Shown here: piece by piece, positions 51,038 through 64,000 of the stretch
Numbering within the stretch: the stretch's first letter is position 1
How the letters are laid out: each line of letters starts with the position of its first letter
NCBI RefSeq assembly: GCF_006345805.1
Contig: NC_042999.1
Coordinates: 82,336,001 to 82,400,000, forward strand
Length of the DNA: 64,000 bases
DNA from: Octopus sinensis
Lineage: Eukaryota
Direction: 5' to 3'
The notes under the pieces: generated by a model
What the model saw: the letters and a program-made list of their open reading frames with translations, nothing else
Database searches by the model: none
What the model was told of the DNA's origin: nothing
Translations under genes and position numbers: made by a program

Positions 51038-51193
51038 GGGCTTGTTTCAGTTTCCGTCTCCCGAATCTGCCCACAAGGCTTTGGCCGACCCGAGACTTTG
51101 ACGCAGTACACTCAAGATTCCACACAGTGAGAGTGAATCCGAGAGCATGTGGCTGGTAAGCAAGCTCATTACCACACAGTCACACCTGCGTTT
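51038..51193 (-). mobile_element. Diverged SINE family B head
   Basis: Aligns by eye to 24500-24660. Confidence 0.7.
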
Positions 51194-52071
51194 ATTATGT
51201 TAATAAATCAAATGCTACACCGGTCAAATTTGGTTTACATCTTTTCAGAGTCGATAAAATAAGTACTCGATATAATCGACTAACTGATTGCCCCTAAAAT
51301 TGCTGGCCTTGTACAGAAACTGGAAATTTTTATAAAGAGATCTGATATTATCTTTTTTTTTTTCTACACGCAGTATCTCATTATTTCTGAGAAAGACACA
51401 GAATTTAAAATATGCTTTTCGCAAGAATATATATGGCATAAGTACGTGAAGTATTATTATCTAGGGATTGAAACTGCTTCACTGACTTCCCTATTTCAAG
51501 GTTTATTCGCCTTTAATTCGCGCAAAATTATCAGCTACGAAGATATTAAGGACTTTTAAACTCGCTGAGAATAAATGAGTTCAGCACACTTTTTAGAAAA
51601 GATGCTCTCATCAAATAATCATAAGATCAATGAATTATAAATATACAAACACACACAGACATATTCACGAATTCGCACATACACTGAAATACACCAGCAT
51701 ACATTTACAATTTACACATACAGATTTATAGGACACATCCATATGTCTTCATTCTTCCCACGTTCCCCCTTAATCTGTGTCTCTTTCACTCTAACTATCA
51801 CCCCCTATTTATCTCTCTTACTTTCTCCTTTCTTCCCTCTCTTACTCGATATATGTGTATGTATGTACATGTATATATAATATATATATATATATTATAT
51901 ATATATATATATTATATATATATATACATATATATATATCTCTATGTATGTATGTACAAACTTTCCACCAAGCGAATGTACGTATATGTGTACATTTATA
52001 TATATATATAGAGAGAGAGGGAGAGAGATAAATAGATAGATATATAGATAGATAGACAGACAGATAGATAT

Positions 52072-52137
<66 letters not shown>

Positions 52138-52138
52138 G

Positions 52139-52195
<57 letters not shown>

Positions 52196-52623
52196 ACATA
52201 TATATATGTGTGTATGTGTATATATATATGTAAATGTATTTTATACATGTATATGTATATATGTATTATGTATGTATGTATGTATGTATGCATATATGTA
52301 TGTATGTATATATGTATGTATGTCCGAAGCTGTGCAATATAGATGAGAAATAAATGAAAATGCGGGCAAAATTAATTCTAACTCTAAATGAAGTCCCAGT
52401 ACATTAATATATTATAGAAATCATCTTTCTTTATTTACAAATCACTTTTATTGAAACCTAAATTAGTATCTGACTTCCGATATTTTCCATTCCCAAAATT
52501 ATGGATACGGAAGACATACGTACGAATGTATGTATTTGTATTTATGTATACGCGTGTATGTGTATGTGTAATATGTGCATATATATGTGGATATATATAA
52601 ATATAGATCAGAAGTCAGTATAG

Positions 52624-52669
<46 letters not shown>

Positions 52670-52846
52670 GTGTGCGCGTGTGTATAACTCAATTGATATA
52701 CAGATATATGCATATGCGTCTAAGTATTATATGTACGTATATATGTACGTATATATGTACGTATATATTTATATGTATATATAGTCCTGTCTGTATAAAC
52801 TCGTACAGGTAATAAAATCATATAAATGTACACACACACATACATA

Positions 52847-52892
<46 letters not shown>

Positions 52893-53074
52893 ATATATAT
52901 ACGTGAAGAGCTGAACAGAAGTTTACCAACATATCAATTACTCTGAGTCTTCTCATCTCAATCATAAAACGACGGAAATATAGCAATTCATCAGAATCAA
53001 CAGTTCTTTCTTCAAAATGACTTCACTTCATAATAATATATAGATTTGAATGCTTTACTCTCTCTCTCTCTCTC

Positions 53075-53139
<65 letters not shown>

Positions 53140-53327
53140 GTCTCTCACTCTCTCCACTTCGCCTACCTCGCCTTACTGACCACCCACGTCTTGAAGAGAA
53201 ACTATCTTCATCTCGCTTTTATATAATGAGGCAAGTTTTAATTCATCGCATTTTAAGTAATCTACAGCTTCAATCTCTAAGATAAACTTCAAGTTTGTTT
53301 ATTAAGGCGCTATTGAAAACATTGACA

Positions 53328-53385
53328 TTAAGGTTCTCGAATCTTTGACCTCGTCGCTGATTATATTCATAAATGATCTCCTTTA
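53328..53385 (+). pseudogene. CR1/L2/Jockey-type RT scrap
   Basis: AAGGTTCTCGAATCTTTGACCTCGTCGCTGATTATATTCATAAATGATCTC resembles coding sequence for QGS.LGP.LF.IFINDL. Confidence 0.35.
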
Positions 53386-53787
53386 CGGATTTCACAATTC
53401 CCATAGGTGGCAGTTGGTGGTGTTGGTATAGCGTGGATATGGCGTGTACTGTGTCGGTATTCACATCGTCGTCTTTCTGTTGTTGCTGCTGTTGCTGTTG
53501 GTAGCCTTGTTGTTGTTGTTGTTGTTAATATCGCCGTTATTGCTTGTTTTAGTTGTTATTGTTGTTGATTTTGTGAGAAATTCATAACCAAATATTTAGA
53601 TATTTAGCTGTGTATGTTTCAAATCTATCACGTCTCAATTTCTATCTGTGTGTATGTACATTTATAGCTTACATGCGACTGAGTATATGCGTATGTAACA
53701 ATATGTGTGTATTCTGCATGTTAATATAACTTGCCTATTTCAGAATCCAGAATCTATTAAATATTGATTTATACATACGTATATATA

Positions 53788-53861
<74 letters not shown>

Positions 53862-53971
53862 CATATATACATATATACATATTTAGAGAGAGTGAGAGAA
53901 AGAGAAATTTATTATATATATACGTACGCATACATGCATACATATATACACACACACATATATATATATGC

Positions 53972-54022
<51 letters not shown>

Positions 54023-55240
54023 TGTATGTGTGTGCGGGCGTGTGCGTGTTGTGGAGGGATGCATTGGTGTATGTAATTATATTTCTACACCTACATGTAT
54101 TCACACACAATCTGCAATATTCGAATATTTCCTTGTATACGCGTATCATACGTAAATGTTTAAATTCTGTGTAAACAGCATCTGTATCTAATATTTGCAT
54201 ATGCGTGTATAATTGTACGCATTTCTAATTTCTCTCTGCGTGTATACAATCGTCACACCTAAATAGAATGTTTGTTTTATTTAGATACTTAAATCTAGCA
54301 ATTCCCGCTTCAAACGTAGAATCACACGCTGTTCTACTGCCCATAATTCCTTATTTGCTCGTAATGCAATCAATATCTGCGTCTCTTTAAGGTCCTTTGA
54401 GTATATTAAGTCGAGGAGATTGAAATTGCCAACTATTTATCGTAATATTTACTCAATAGTCAATATTGGGTTTGTTAATTAAGCTCGAGTCCAATTTTTG
54501 CAGCAGTAATATATATATAGTTAATTAATGCGCATCATTATACAACTGCTACATGTGAGTCTGGAGTGGGGAGCAATAACTATAAAATTAGCTTGACAGA
54601 CTCCAGCTTCAGAGGAAGTAAGCAATTACTGTATGATTCAAGTGCTTTTTTCTTTTTTTTTTGTTTCTTTGTTTTTGTTTTGTTTTTGAACCAATGATAT
54701 TTTCATCTTGATACTGCGTGCATACAGCAAATGATATATATATATAATGATACCTTCTATCTTTAACTTGCTGCTTAGCCTCCGCTCACATTTGATCAGT
54801 CAGAAATATGATCAAATGTATTCCATCCATGACTATCTCATCTTTGCAATAGTCAATACATGGAAGACAAAATTAACCAAGGACGTTAGGATATTATTTG
54901 AGCTACATATGGCTACTATTTCTATTTGGGAAAGCAAATACATAAATGCTTCTCCGTTGGCTAGTCTCTCTAAATATCAAAATTCTGGGCGAACACACTA
55001 TTTCAGTAACATCTTTTAAATCATTTTGACATCTTCAGTGCAGTGATATTTCAAGTCAATGCCAAGCTTGAAACACAGTGATGAAAATAGATATTATTTA
55101 TTAGGCACAAGGCTATTAATTTCAGGAGTGGATTAAAACAACTACAGTACTTTATTTTATTGATCCCAGTTGAAGGGAAAAGAAACTAACGTTTCTGTTA
55201 TTTGAAGTTAGAAAATGAGAAGCTGTAGCTTAATAAAGTT

Positions 55241-55528
55241 ACTCTCCGAGGCACAAGTCCTGGTAAAGTTGTTTATGGAAAACCAGCAGTCGCCCATACA
55301 TACCAGCCTCCCCTCTCCAAGCCACCGATGTTATCCAAGGGAAAGGCAAAGACTGATACAGCTTGACCCCAGTGGCGTCACAACTCATTTCTGCATCTGA
55401 GTGAACTGGAGCAACAGGAAATAAAGTGTCTTGCCCAAGAACACAATACACAGCCCGGTCCGGGAATCGAACTCATTGCCTCATGATTGTGATCCCGATG
55501 CTCTAACCACTGAACCATGCGTCTTCAC
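55241..55528 (-). mobile_element. tRNA-headed CORE-type SINE family C
   Basis: A-box TGGTTCAGTGG and B-box GAGTTCGATTCC, then CORE-like TGTTCTTGGGCAAGACACTTTATTTCCTGTTGCTCCAGTTCACTCAG. Confidence 0.85.
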
Positions 55529-55689
55529 AACTAAATACCGTAAGACATCTTATCCAATGTCGTAATGTTTCTGACAATACACAGACATGATGAAACTACT
55601 TGTAATGTATACCATGCGATAACCATAATGGGTGTCTTCACCGGCAATCTGAATATTATATGTTAAAATATTAATTTTAACATTATAAC

Positions 55690-56530
55690 CAGACCTGAGC
55701 AATTTAACCAGTCCGTCCGCCTTTCCAGAACGCTGTCAAGCGGCGAATATCTACTTCTCCAGGTACCGCTAACCTTTTCTGGTCAATGTTTACGTTTGTC
55801 TCCGTTTTATATCCACTCAAGGCAATAACGATCACCTCCGTATATTTCGTGTCCGGCACTATTAAGATTAATTGTCTGCATATGCCGATACATACCTTCT
55901 CTCTCCTACTTCACGCAAGATGCCCCTCGAAACGCCTAGCACGTACTAAGGGTGAGATGGAGCTAACTTGATGGACCAAACTGCATGATGCTGAAGGGTT
56001 TCTATAGATGTCATTTTCTTTGGACACCGTGTAGTTGTCACTGTACATAGTAGGGAACCAACCCGCGAAGGTAAAACCATGAGCACAACTGCCAAATAGT
56101 GATGAGCAACCCTATCGAAAGATTTTGCTTGATCTAAGTTCATCAGCAATGCTAGATTCTTTACTCACATATTCTTTGAGGTGGAGGATGTCGTAGATAG
56201 ATGTGTTTCAGATAGGACATTTCCATGCCTCTCCTACCAGAGTATCGATGCTAAGTGTCAACGTCTTGGTTAACACTTTAGCCAAAATCTTGAACTCTAC
56301 ATTCAGCATATTAGAGTTACGGGCCTGGTGTCATAAACATCATTCTCCTTTTCAGCAGCACCATCACACCTCGTTTTACATGATTGAGAATTCTCGTTCT
56401 GCTACCAGTTGCAATAAGTTTGGCACAGGAAAACAAAGCAGACAACCCAACCACTGCAACTATTCCCAGGGATCGCCAACGCTGTTATCGACTTTTCGCA
56501 AAACCCCGTTTCCCTAGTCGAAAGGTGAGA
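55690..56530 (-). pseudogene. L1/Tx1-clade reverse transcriptase relic
   Basis: Fragments RGVMVLLK, NVEFKILAKVL, NLDQAKSFDRVAHHYL and VSAYADN (YADD-like). Interrupted near 55960-56035 by a Tc1-like end, TACACGGTGTCC. Confidence 0.8.
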
Positions 56531-57409
56531 GTGTTTGTTCAGATAGGCAGTAAATTTCACTTCCATCTGTAGTTCATCATCTGCCCAAAGAAGTTGAGCA
56601 AAATATCGCTAAAAGGCTGCACACGTATGCTTAGAAAAGAATAGCACGTGCCTTTACCGAATCAGCAAAAACTGAATTATAGCTGTATGCCTCAATTATA
56701 GTTATTGCTGATGTTGTTGCTATTGGTATCAATGTTGCTGCTGCTTCTATTGCTAATGCTGATACTATCGCTGTTGCCTTTCGTGGTTTTTGCGGCTACT
56801 GCAGCCGTTATTGTTTTTGCTATCATTGCAGCAGCTTACTTTTGTTAATATCGGTATTGCTGCTGCAGTTGTCATTGTTTTTACAGCTAGTGTGTTTTTC
56901 TCCGCTATAGCAAAGGTGCAGTTATTTGGACTTTGGCCTTTCAGCAATGAATATTCCCTCTCCCCTTCCACTAGCAGAACGCCGTCTTTGCAAACATTGC
57001 TACTGCTACTATCGTTTACTGCTACTAAACTTTCAACACTTCAAAACACTTTCTCTTTCCTTTCCATGTATAGAATGAGGACAAGTGTCCTTGAGACGTG
57101 CTGCACCTGTGTTTGCTAGTTATCTCTTACTTACCTTTTAGCTTGCTGGCTGTGGAAACCATATTTGTGAAAATATATTTTACGAAAGAATTCGAAGAAT
57201 TATCCAACAAATTTGAGTTTCAATGGGGCGCGGAACACAAGTAAATTAATACTGATTGACTTAACTGTTACATGACAAACATTTAGTCAATAACAACTTA
57301 TAAACAAACCAACAAACATACAAGTGACTTTAAAAAACGGCAGGCTGCTGACACCACCAACTCGACAGCCACAACAGTAACAACAGCAACAAAAATATTT
57401 ATAATAACT

Positions 57410-57915
57410 AGAGAGCGGCAAGACATGGTATGAGCACAAACCGCAGAGATTGGCAGAGTCAGAGACTAACGAAATCCTCTGGGATTTCCCAATCCAAACA
57501 GATCAGGTGCTAGAGCATAACAGACCGGACACAATGGTGGTGGACAAGGTGCACTACATATATAGTTGATGTTACATGCCCCTTTGACCCACGAATTATC
57601 AACAAAGAAGGCGTAAAGATAGATAGATAAATACGAAATAGTCCAGCTATGGAAAATGAAGAAGGTGAAAATAATGCCAATTATTGTTGGGTCCTTCGAA
57701 ATAGTATCAGAGTGTCCAGTGGAACTGTTACAAAAGGTTTGCCTCCTTGGCAAAGCCAGAATAACCAGGAAGGTATTAGACAGCTGATAAGAACGAATAT
57801 CATGGTACCGTAGGCTGCAGGTAGTAAGCCCGCTACACATGCAAGACTCCTTGAGCTCCAACAAAACCTATGATAAAGAGATAATGAGGTAAATCTGAGG
57901 CGTGGTCATTGCTAG
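57410..57915 (+). mobile_element. 5'-truncated R4/Dong-like LINE 3' end, family 2, decayed
   Basis: WYEHKPQ...EILWDFPIQTDQVLEHNRPD...LQKVCLLGKARITRKVLDS* (stop at 57785). The 3' UTR runs into (ATT)n. Confidence 0.8.
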
Positions 57916-57917
57916 TT

Positions 57918-57946
57918 GAAAATCATTATTATCATTATTATTATTA

Positions 57947-57995
<49 letters not shown>

Positions 57996-57998
57996 GTA

Positions 57999-58064
<66 letters not shown>

Positions 58065-58176
58065 GTATATTATTATTGTATATTATTATTATTATATTAT
58101 TATTATTATTATTATTGATGACGATGACGATGATGATGACGACGACGACGACGACGACAATGACGATGACGATGAC

Positions 58177-58222
<46 letters not shown>
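57918..58222. repeat. (ATT)n then (GAC/GAT)n microsatellite that artificially extends ORF 57916-58830
   Basis: Direct reading. Confidence 0.95.
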
Positions 58223-58223
<1 letters not shown>

Positions 58224-58225
<2 letters not shown>

Positions 58226-59002
58226 TACCAGGCCAATGTGATAAAAATGGAGCAGACCCAAAATGCCGATTCTGCAACGACATAATTGACACAGTGGACC
58301 ACCTAATCTCTGGATGTAAAGTCTTAGCACCAGTGGAGTATAAATTAAGACATGACAGAGTTGGCCAATATCTACACTTGCTAATAAGTCGGCATTACAA
58401 TATCAAAACTGCCGACAAGTGGTATAATCACCACCCTGAAGCTGTAACTGAAGGAGAAAATGTAACGATTCTGTGGGACTTTCCAATACATACAAACCGA
58501 ATCATCAAAGCCAATAAACCGGATATTGTTGTGAAAGACCAAAACAATAAAGTTTGCTTATTGATCGACATGAGCAACCCCTGTGATCATAATATCTCGG
58601 CGAAAGAGTTTGACAAGCTCAGAAAATATAAAGACATGCTCATTGAAATTGAGAAAATGTGGCATCTCAAGGCGGTTACAATACCAGTGATCGTAGGAGC
58701 ACTAGGAATGATCAAGAAGGGAACCGAAAATTATATGAGAATGATCCCCGGCTTACCATCCCCGCAAGAAGTGCAAAAGATTGTCTTAACTGGTACATCA
58801 CACGTATTGAGAAGAGCATTATCGATGTGAGAACTATTACTACCCATGTATTTTAATCTAACTCTAAAAAAAAAAAAATGAACGAACTAGTGAGTTTAGT
58901 TTAATGGCCTACCAATGTATACTATGCGTTTCTTTGCCCTAGGAGTCGGGAAGACACTCGGCAAGAAATGGAAGCAAATTTGAAAGAATAAGAAAAAAAA
59001 AG
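58224..59002 (+). mobile_element. 5'-truncated R4/Dong-like LINE with an uninterrupted zinc knuckle plus restriction-like endonuclease frame (stop at 58830)
   Basis: CRFC...DHLISGC zinc knuckle, RHD, ILWDFPIHT, KPDIVV...LLIDMS (PD-D/ExK type), K..KY and IPVIVGALG. The 3' UTR ends at (AAT)n. Confidence 0.9.
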
Positions 59003-59032
59003 ATAATAATAATAATAATAATAATAATAATC

Positions 59033-59118
<86 letters not shown>

Positions 59119-59910
59119 AAGAAGAAGAAGAAGATTAATAATAATAACGATTGATTCTAACATAGTCAAACATCTAAGTAGTACTGGAACAAGGCCACAA
59201 TTTTTCTTGGGTTGTTTATATTAACTAGGTATCTGACTGGTACTTTATTTTATCGACCACTGAAAGATGAAGAAAACAAAGATTTATTGTCTAAGAGAAC
59301 TCAGTTCGTTGGTGACAATGTGAAGGTGCAAAACTAATCAACGAGTGATTTGCATTCATTAAAAATGGGAAATTGGTTTGGTAATAATAAAACGGGATGA
59401 ATATTCAATAAAAACGGTAAAGAACCAGCACAAGAGAACAAGCTACAATCCCCAAATAAAGCAATAATAATAATGCTAATACTAACAACAACAACAACAA
59501 CAATAATAATATTGTAAACAGTTCGCAACAAAAGAACTTAAATTGTTCTGACGTGTCAAATAGTCATTTTGTTTGGTTTTTCCTTTGTTTTCCTTCAGGG
59601 AATTTTTATATAAAGGAAATGAAGGATTTTGCGAGAAATTATATTTACGTTTTTTGTTGGATGATTGGAGTTGGCACCCAAAATCTTCGAAAGGGTAATT
59701 TTTTTTTTCTTTTTGTGATATGCACTCATCTGTAAATATCTGTGACGATTGAATGGGTTTATCCGTTTTATTTTTTTCCTATTAGATACGGACAACTTTC
59801 AGCTTGGCTGCACTGCAATTAGAGACTTTGCATTGTTAACTTGGAAACACTTGAGGCTACGCCACGCATATACTCTCTAACTTTGTTTGTGAGTGTATAT
59901 AAGCATATAT

Positions 59911-59967
<57 letters not shown>

Positions 59968-60129
59968 ATGTGTGTGTGTGTGTGTGTGTGTGTACGTATG
60001 TCAGTATATGCATATACATATTATTTTCGTTTTCCTGTGCCAAACTTATTGCAACTGTATTTTTTACCCCTTTATTTTTCTCTTTCAGAAACTATATATA
60101 TTGTGTGAATGTATATGTGTATATATATA

Positions 60130-61012
60130 CGAGGCCTGATCAATAAGTATCCGGAGTGCTGGCATAGTTACGAAACCAAAGTACGCAGAGTGAAGCTTCG
60201 CAAAGACTGACCTTGAACTCTGGTGTGCATGAGCACTAAGTTTTAACGTTCTAGCTCACAGTTACAGCAGTACTTGGAAGGAAGGTGTGTAGCGTGTAAT
60301 ACTCACATTGACAATTAAAGAGAAAGTTGTCATGTCGATACCTGCTCAAAGGCCTGCGCAAAGTTGCAGAAAATGTCTGGAGAGGAGTGTACGAGCCGCA
60401 CACAAATGTACGAGTGGATGAGATGTTTCCAAGATGGCCTAAAAAATGTCGATATCGACGAATGTTCTGGGAGACACGCAACCAGCAGAACTGAGAAAAA
60501 CATCGCAGATGTACATGCAGCTGTGAGGGGAAATTGTTGAATCACCATTCGTGAATTATCAGAGGATGTGCAGATTAGCTACAGTTCAGTTCAGTCCATA
60601 ATTGAAGATTTGGGTATGAGATGCGTGTCTGCCAAGTTTATGTTAAAACTGCTTTTAGCTGTCCAAAAAGACACTCGGGTTTGTGTTGCACAAGATCTCC
60701 TTCCTCGTGGCGAAATCCATAAAAATACTTTTTGAAAACTTTGTGTAAGCCTCTGAGCAGGTATCGCCAACCTTTTGGAAACCATTTCATGCAGATATAC
60801 AGCTCAACTATCTGCCATGTTCAATGCGACGATCACACATTATACACCTGCCTTCAAAGCAGTGCTGTAAACAGCGGAAGTGAGCTACAACGTTGAAACT
60901 TACTGCACATACACAACAGAGTTGAAGATCAATGTGTGCCAAGCAGCTTTATTCTGCGTGCTTTAACGTCGTTACTAAGGTGAAAGTCCGGATAATTATT
61001 GATCAGAACATG
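60130..61012. mobile_element. Fourth mariner family: two 5' ends fused tail-to-tail, giving long TIRs
   Basis: Left TIR CGAGGCCTGATCAATAAGTATCCGGA follows (TA)n. 60130-60724 (+) is a decayed transposase N-terminus. 60725-61012 is an inverted copy of the 5' end. Confidence 0.8.
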
Positions 61013-61013
61013 A

Positions 61014-61063
<50 letters not shown>

Positions 61064-61178
61064 CACATATCTATATATATATGTACATATAACTAATGTA
61101 GGATAAATTTTTTTCGGGAAAAAAATTTCATCAATGGCCAGCATATCAAAAAATACCTTTAAAGGTTAAATTTATAAA

Positions 61179-61372
61179 TAATTTACAATATAAGGGCTAA
61201 AGCAAAATTCTAATGCCAAATATGCCAAAAAAAAAAGACAAAAATTGTCAATTAACCATTATAATTTATAATTTATTATTAACCGTAATTTATAATGGTT
61301 AATTGACAATTTTTGTCTTTTTTCGGCATATTTGGCATTAGAATTTTTCTTTTGCCCTTATATTGTAAATTA
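61179..61372. repeat. AT-rich fold-back inverted repeat, arms about 85 bp, spacer about 25 bp
   Basis: 61179-61264 is the reverse complement of 61290-61372. Confidence 0.9.
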
Positions 61373-61403
61373 CATATGTACATATATATATATATATGAT
61401 ATA

Positions 61404-61481
<78 letters not shown>

Positions 61482-63918
61482 TATATATATATATATGAAG
61501 TCTATGCATGGTACTGTGTTGTGTACTCATTCTCAGACATAGACACACCCACACACTCATTCATATGCATACTTATACATATGTGTATGTGTTCATACGT
61601 GAAGACGCATATTTGTGTAATCATATACATGTATATATATACATGTTTATGCGTGAGTATACCTATACTTTATCCCTCTGCACGAGGAGCGAAAAATATA
61701 GTGATTAATAAGTAGTATTAGTAGTAGTAGTAGTTGTTGTTGTTGTTAGTGGTGGTGGTAATGTTATTGGTGAATGTGTTATTGTTAGTGATGCTGGTGG
61801 TGCTGGTGATTGTGGTGGGGGTAGTCGTGGTTGTTGAGATGGAGGTGCTGGTATTATTATTATTGGCATTGTTGTTGGTGATCCTAGTATGGTGAGAAAA
61901 ATCATCTAGAAAAATAAAGAAATGGGAAAAAGATGAAAAGCAATAGGTATGACTCTAAGAAGCTTGTGGTGATGATGATGATGCGGACTTGTGAGAGGTG
62001 GGGTTCGTGGGGGCATTTTGAGGATTGTGGAAGGTACGGTAGTTGAAGATTTGATATTAACAGAGCTGATAGTGGAGGAGACGGTCATCATATCGATGGC
62101 AAAATACTGGCAATCATGTTTGGATCTGTGTCGTTAATATGTTCATTTTAGCAATTTTCGTGTTGATGGAGATGGCGGAGCAAAATATTTAAATTGTGGT
62201 GGAGCAGAATATTTAAATAATGAACTAAACTGTTTTTCAAAATTCCCCCAAAACAATGAAATTTACAGCATAATACTTTAAATAAAATATATGTCTCTAT
62301 TTCTCTAATAAATGAATATTTCGCAATTGAGACACTATGCCAAACGCTCTAGTTAGAGACAAAACATCACAAAGATTACGTTCCCTATTTCAAGCCAGTT
62401 AGTATTTCAGATCTCAATAATCAGTCAGCTCTTTCATCCCGACCTTTCAGCATTTATATCGCGTGTATAAGATCATCAGCTGTAATTATCGTAAGTTTTG
62501 GAAGGGACCTCATTAAATGCTAGGACGTTTAGAAAACTCGACTGTTTTTACGCAGTGCAATGGGGCATGTGTATCCCTTAGCAGCAAAATCTGATGCATA
62601 CATCAGTCTCACTTATAAAGGAATGTTTTTCGTTATGCTTAAAATGAACGTTTTATGCTGGTGGTTTATTGTGACGCGTTTAGTACCTTATTCAATGTTC
62701 TGTAAATCGAAAGCTGAACGATAAATATTGCTGCGTCAACCTTAAAAGAAGAGCTTTGTTATCAGAAGATTGCTCGCATTTTTCAGACAGAGCTACGACC
62801 CAAACAGCATCAAAAACTTAGAACTAATTCGTAAGAAATGACTTGCCAATGTACTTCAATCACAATGTACTACATCACAATGTACTTCAATCACTGACCT
62901 GTCGCTTCTTTACTTTTTTTTCTTTTTCCAACAAAATTACGATGAAGAACACGTACTATCCGTTCAAGTTCACACATCCACCTCCTGCCATTTTCCTTAT
63001 GTCCCCATACTGTCTATCACATTCCAACCACTAGATTAAACATTTTAGCCCATCATTTTTCCTTGGATACTGATATCTGTTAATCACTCTCCGCCCACAT
63101 TTTACTCCTAATGAATACAGCTTTTAACTTGTAAACTGGGATTTAAGAATAAGAACACGTGGAAATATTATATTTCCACATATTCTTATTGACATATATT
63201 TCATGTATGTCTTATCGTATATGTCTCATGTATATGCATGTGCATCCGCATTTAGTTTAATTACATAGATATATAAAAATGCGTTCTATGTTTAGTCCAA
63301 AATTAACCTACAACATATTAATTGATAATTGAATTCATGGGAAAATAGTTAATGTTCTTAGTTTAAGCTGTTTTCTAGAACAAATAAGATATTGATTTTG
63401 CAAAGTTGGTTCCGTTTTATAAGACAGCTTAGACCGATAAAAGATTGGATAAATAAATAGAAAAGGACTTGGCTCTGTTAATCTTCTAACAATGAACATT
63501 AATTGATAATCCCTATCTGCGAGTGGAGGGGGTCTGGTAGACACAGTGGATACTAGACTAAGCGTGTGCTTTTTTTTATGTCTTGTATTCAAATCCCATT
63601 AGATTTAATTTATGAGTTCAGTAAATTATGCATCAGCTAAATACAGCGAGTCAAAGTAAACGTGAGAAAGTACTATCAATAAATGTGCGACAACATTTAT
63701 TTATATCTTAATATACATATTATGCATTTTATTGTAATGGACGGGTCTTAATTCTGTATAAAAGAAACTGCATGCCTATGTAATTTTTTAATAGGGAGTG
63801 CTACTGTGTAATAAGAAAACCAGGTGAATCGATCTTTGACTGATGCAAGTGCCTGTAGGTACAAGAACATTAAAATACCGTTTAATTACATTTTGCATTT
63901 ATTGTTATTCTACCAGTT

Positions 63919-64000
63919 AAGGCGGCGAGGTGGCAGAAACGTTAGCACGCCGGGTGAAATGTGTAGCCGTATTTCGTCTGCCGTTACGTTCTGAGTTTAA
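63919..64000 (+). mobile_element. SINE family A head, truncated by the window end
   Basis: AAGGCGGCGAGGTGGCAGAAACGTTAGCACGCCGGG...CTGAGTT. Confidence 0.85.

Noticed and set aside
53270-53530. Gln-rich minus-strand ORF QQQ...VNTDTVHAISTLYQHHQLPPMG
   Set aside because: There is a stop just upstream and no acceptor. The Gln run is a (GTT)n tract, and the rest overlaps a probable plus-strand CR1-type RT scrap.
55460-55528. tRNA gene calls at SINE heads (also 24590-24660 and 25640-25720)
   Set aside because: A/B boxes are present but there is no complete cloverleaf, and each continues into a multi-copy SINE body.
56700-57119. Hydrophobic 109-aa ORF resembling a membrane protein; similarly the Pro/Thr-rich ORFs at 61705-62091
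   Set aside because: They derive from decayed GCT/GTT and GGT/GAT trinucleotide low-complexity DNA, with no splice or homology support.
57916-58830. 304-aa ORF as a cellular gene with poly-Ile/Leu/Asp N-terminus
   Set aside because: The first 100 or so codons are (ATT)n and (GAT)n microsatellite read in frame with a 5'-truncated LINE endonuclease.
62787-62830. 44-nt plus-strand exon candidate TTTTTCAG|...|GTAAGA
   Set aside because: It is isolated, has no recognisable peptide, and no partner exons on that strand can be supported.

Overview
This is AT-rich, microsatellite-dense animal genomic DNA. The SINE families and the (TA)n/(CA)n/(GATA)n/(AAT)n load look like an Octopus genome; that is recognition from memory, not a database result. 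I find no intact cellular protein-coding gene, rRNA, true tRNA gene or CRISPR array. Almost all listed ORFs are microsatellite read-throughs or antisense readings of transposon relics. The window is mostly decayed transposable elements. It has one full-length but inactivated DD34D mariner (7667-8958) and three other mariner derivatives, two of them built from two 5' halves fused tail-to-tail. It also has MITEs of maT-, hAT- and MULE-like type, three tRNA-derived SINE families, RTE, L1/Tx1 and CR1-type relics, and four 3' ends of restriction-like-endonuclease (R4/Dong-like) LINEs, each next to an (AAT/ATT)n tract. The most interesting layer is Penelope-related. Ten copies of minimal type I hammerhead-ribozyme motifs with a palindromic helix III occur in several unrelated repeat families, and all ten are mutated. 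One family has a tRNA-like head plus a hammerhead tail. Four short repeats form fold-back hairpins of 200-500 bp. A degenerate ~25-bp array with a conserved TCATTACAACCA core (34560-35400) and a few weak minus-strand exon candidates remain unexplained. Coordinates of decayed relics are approximate.
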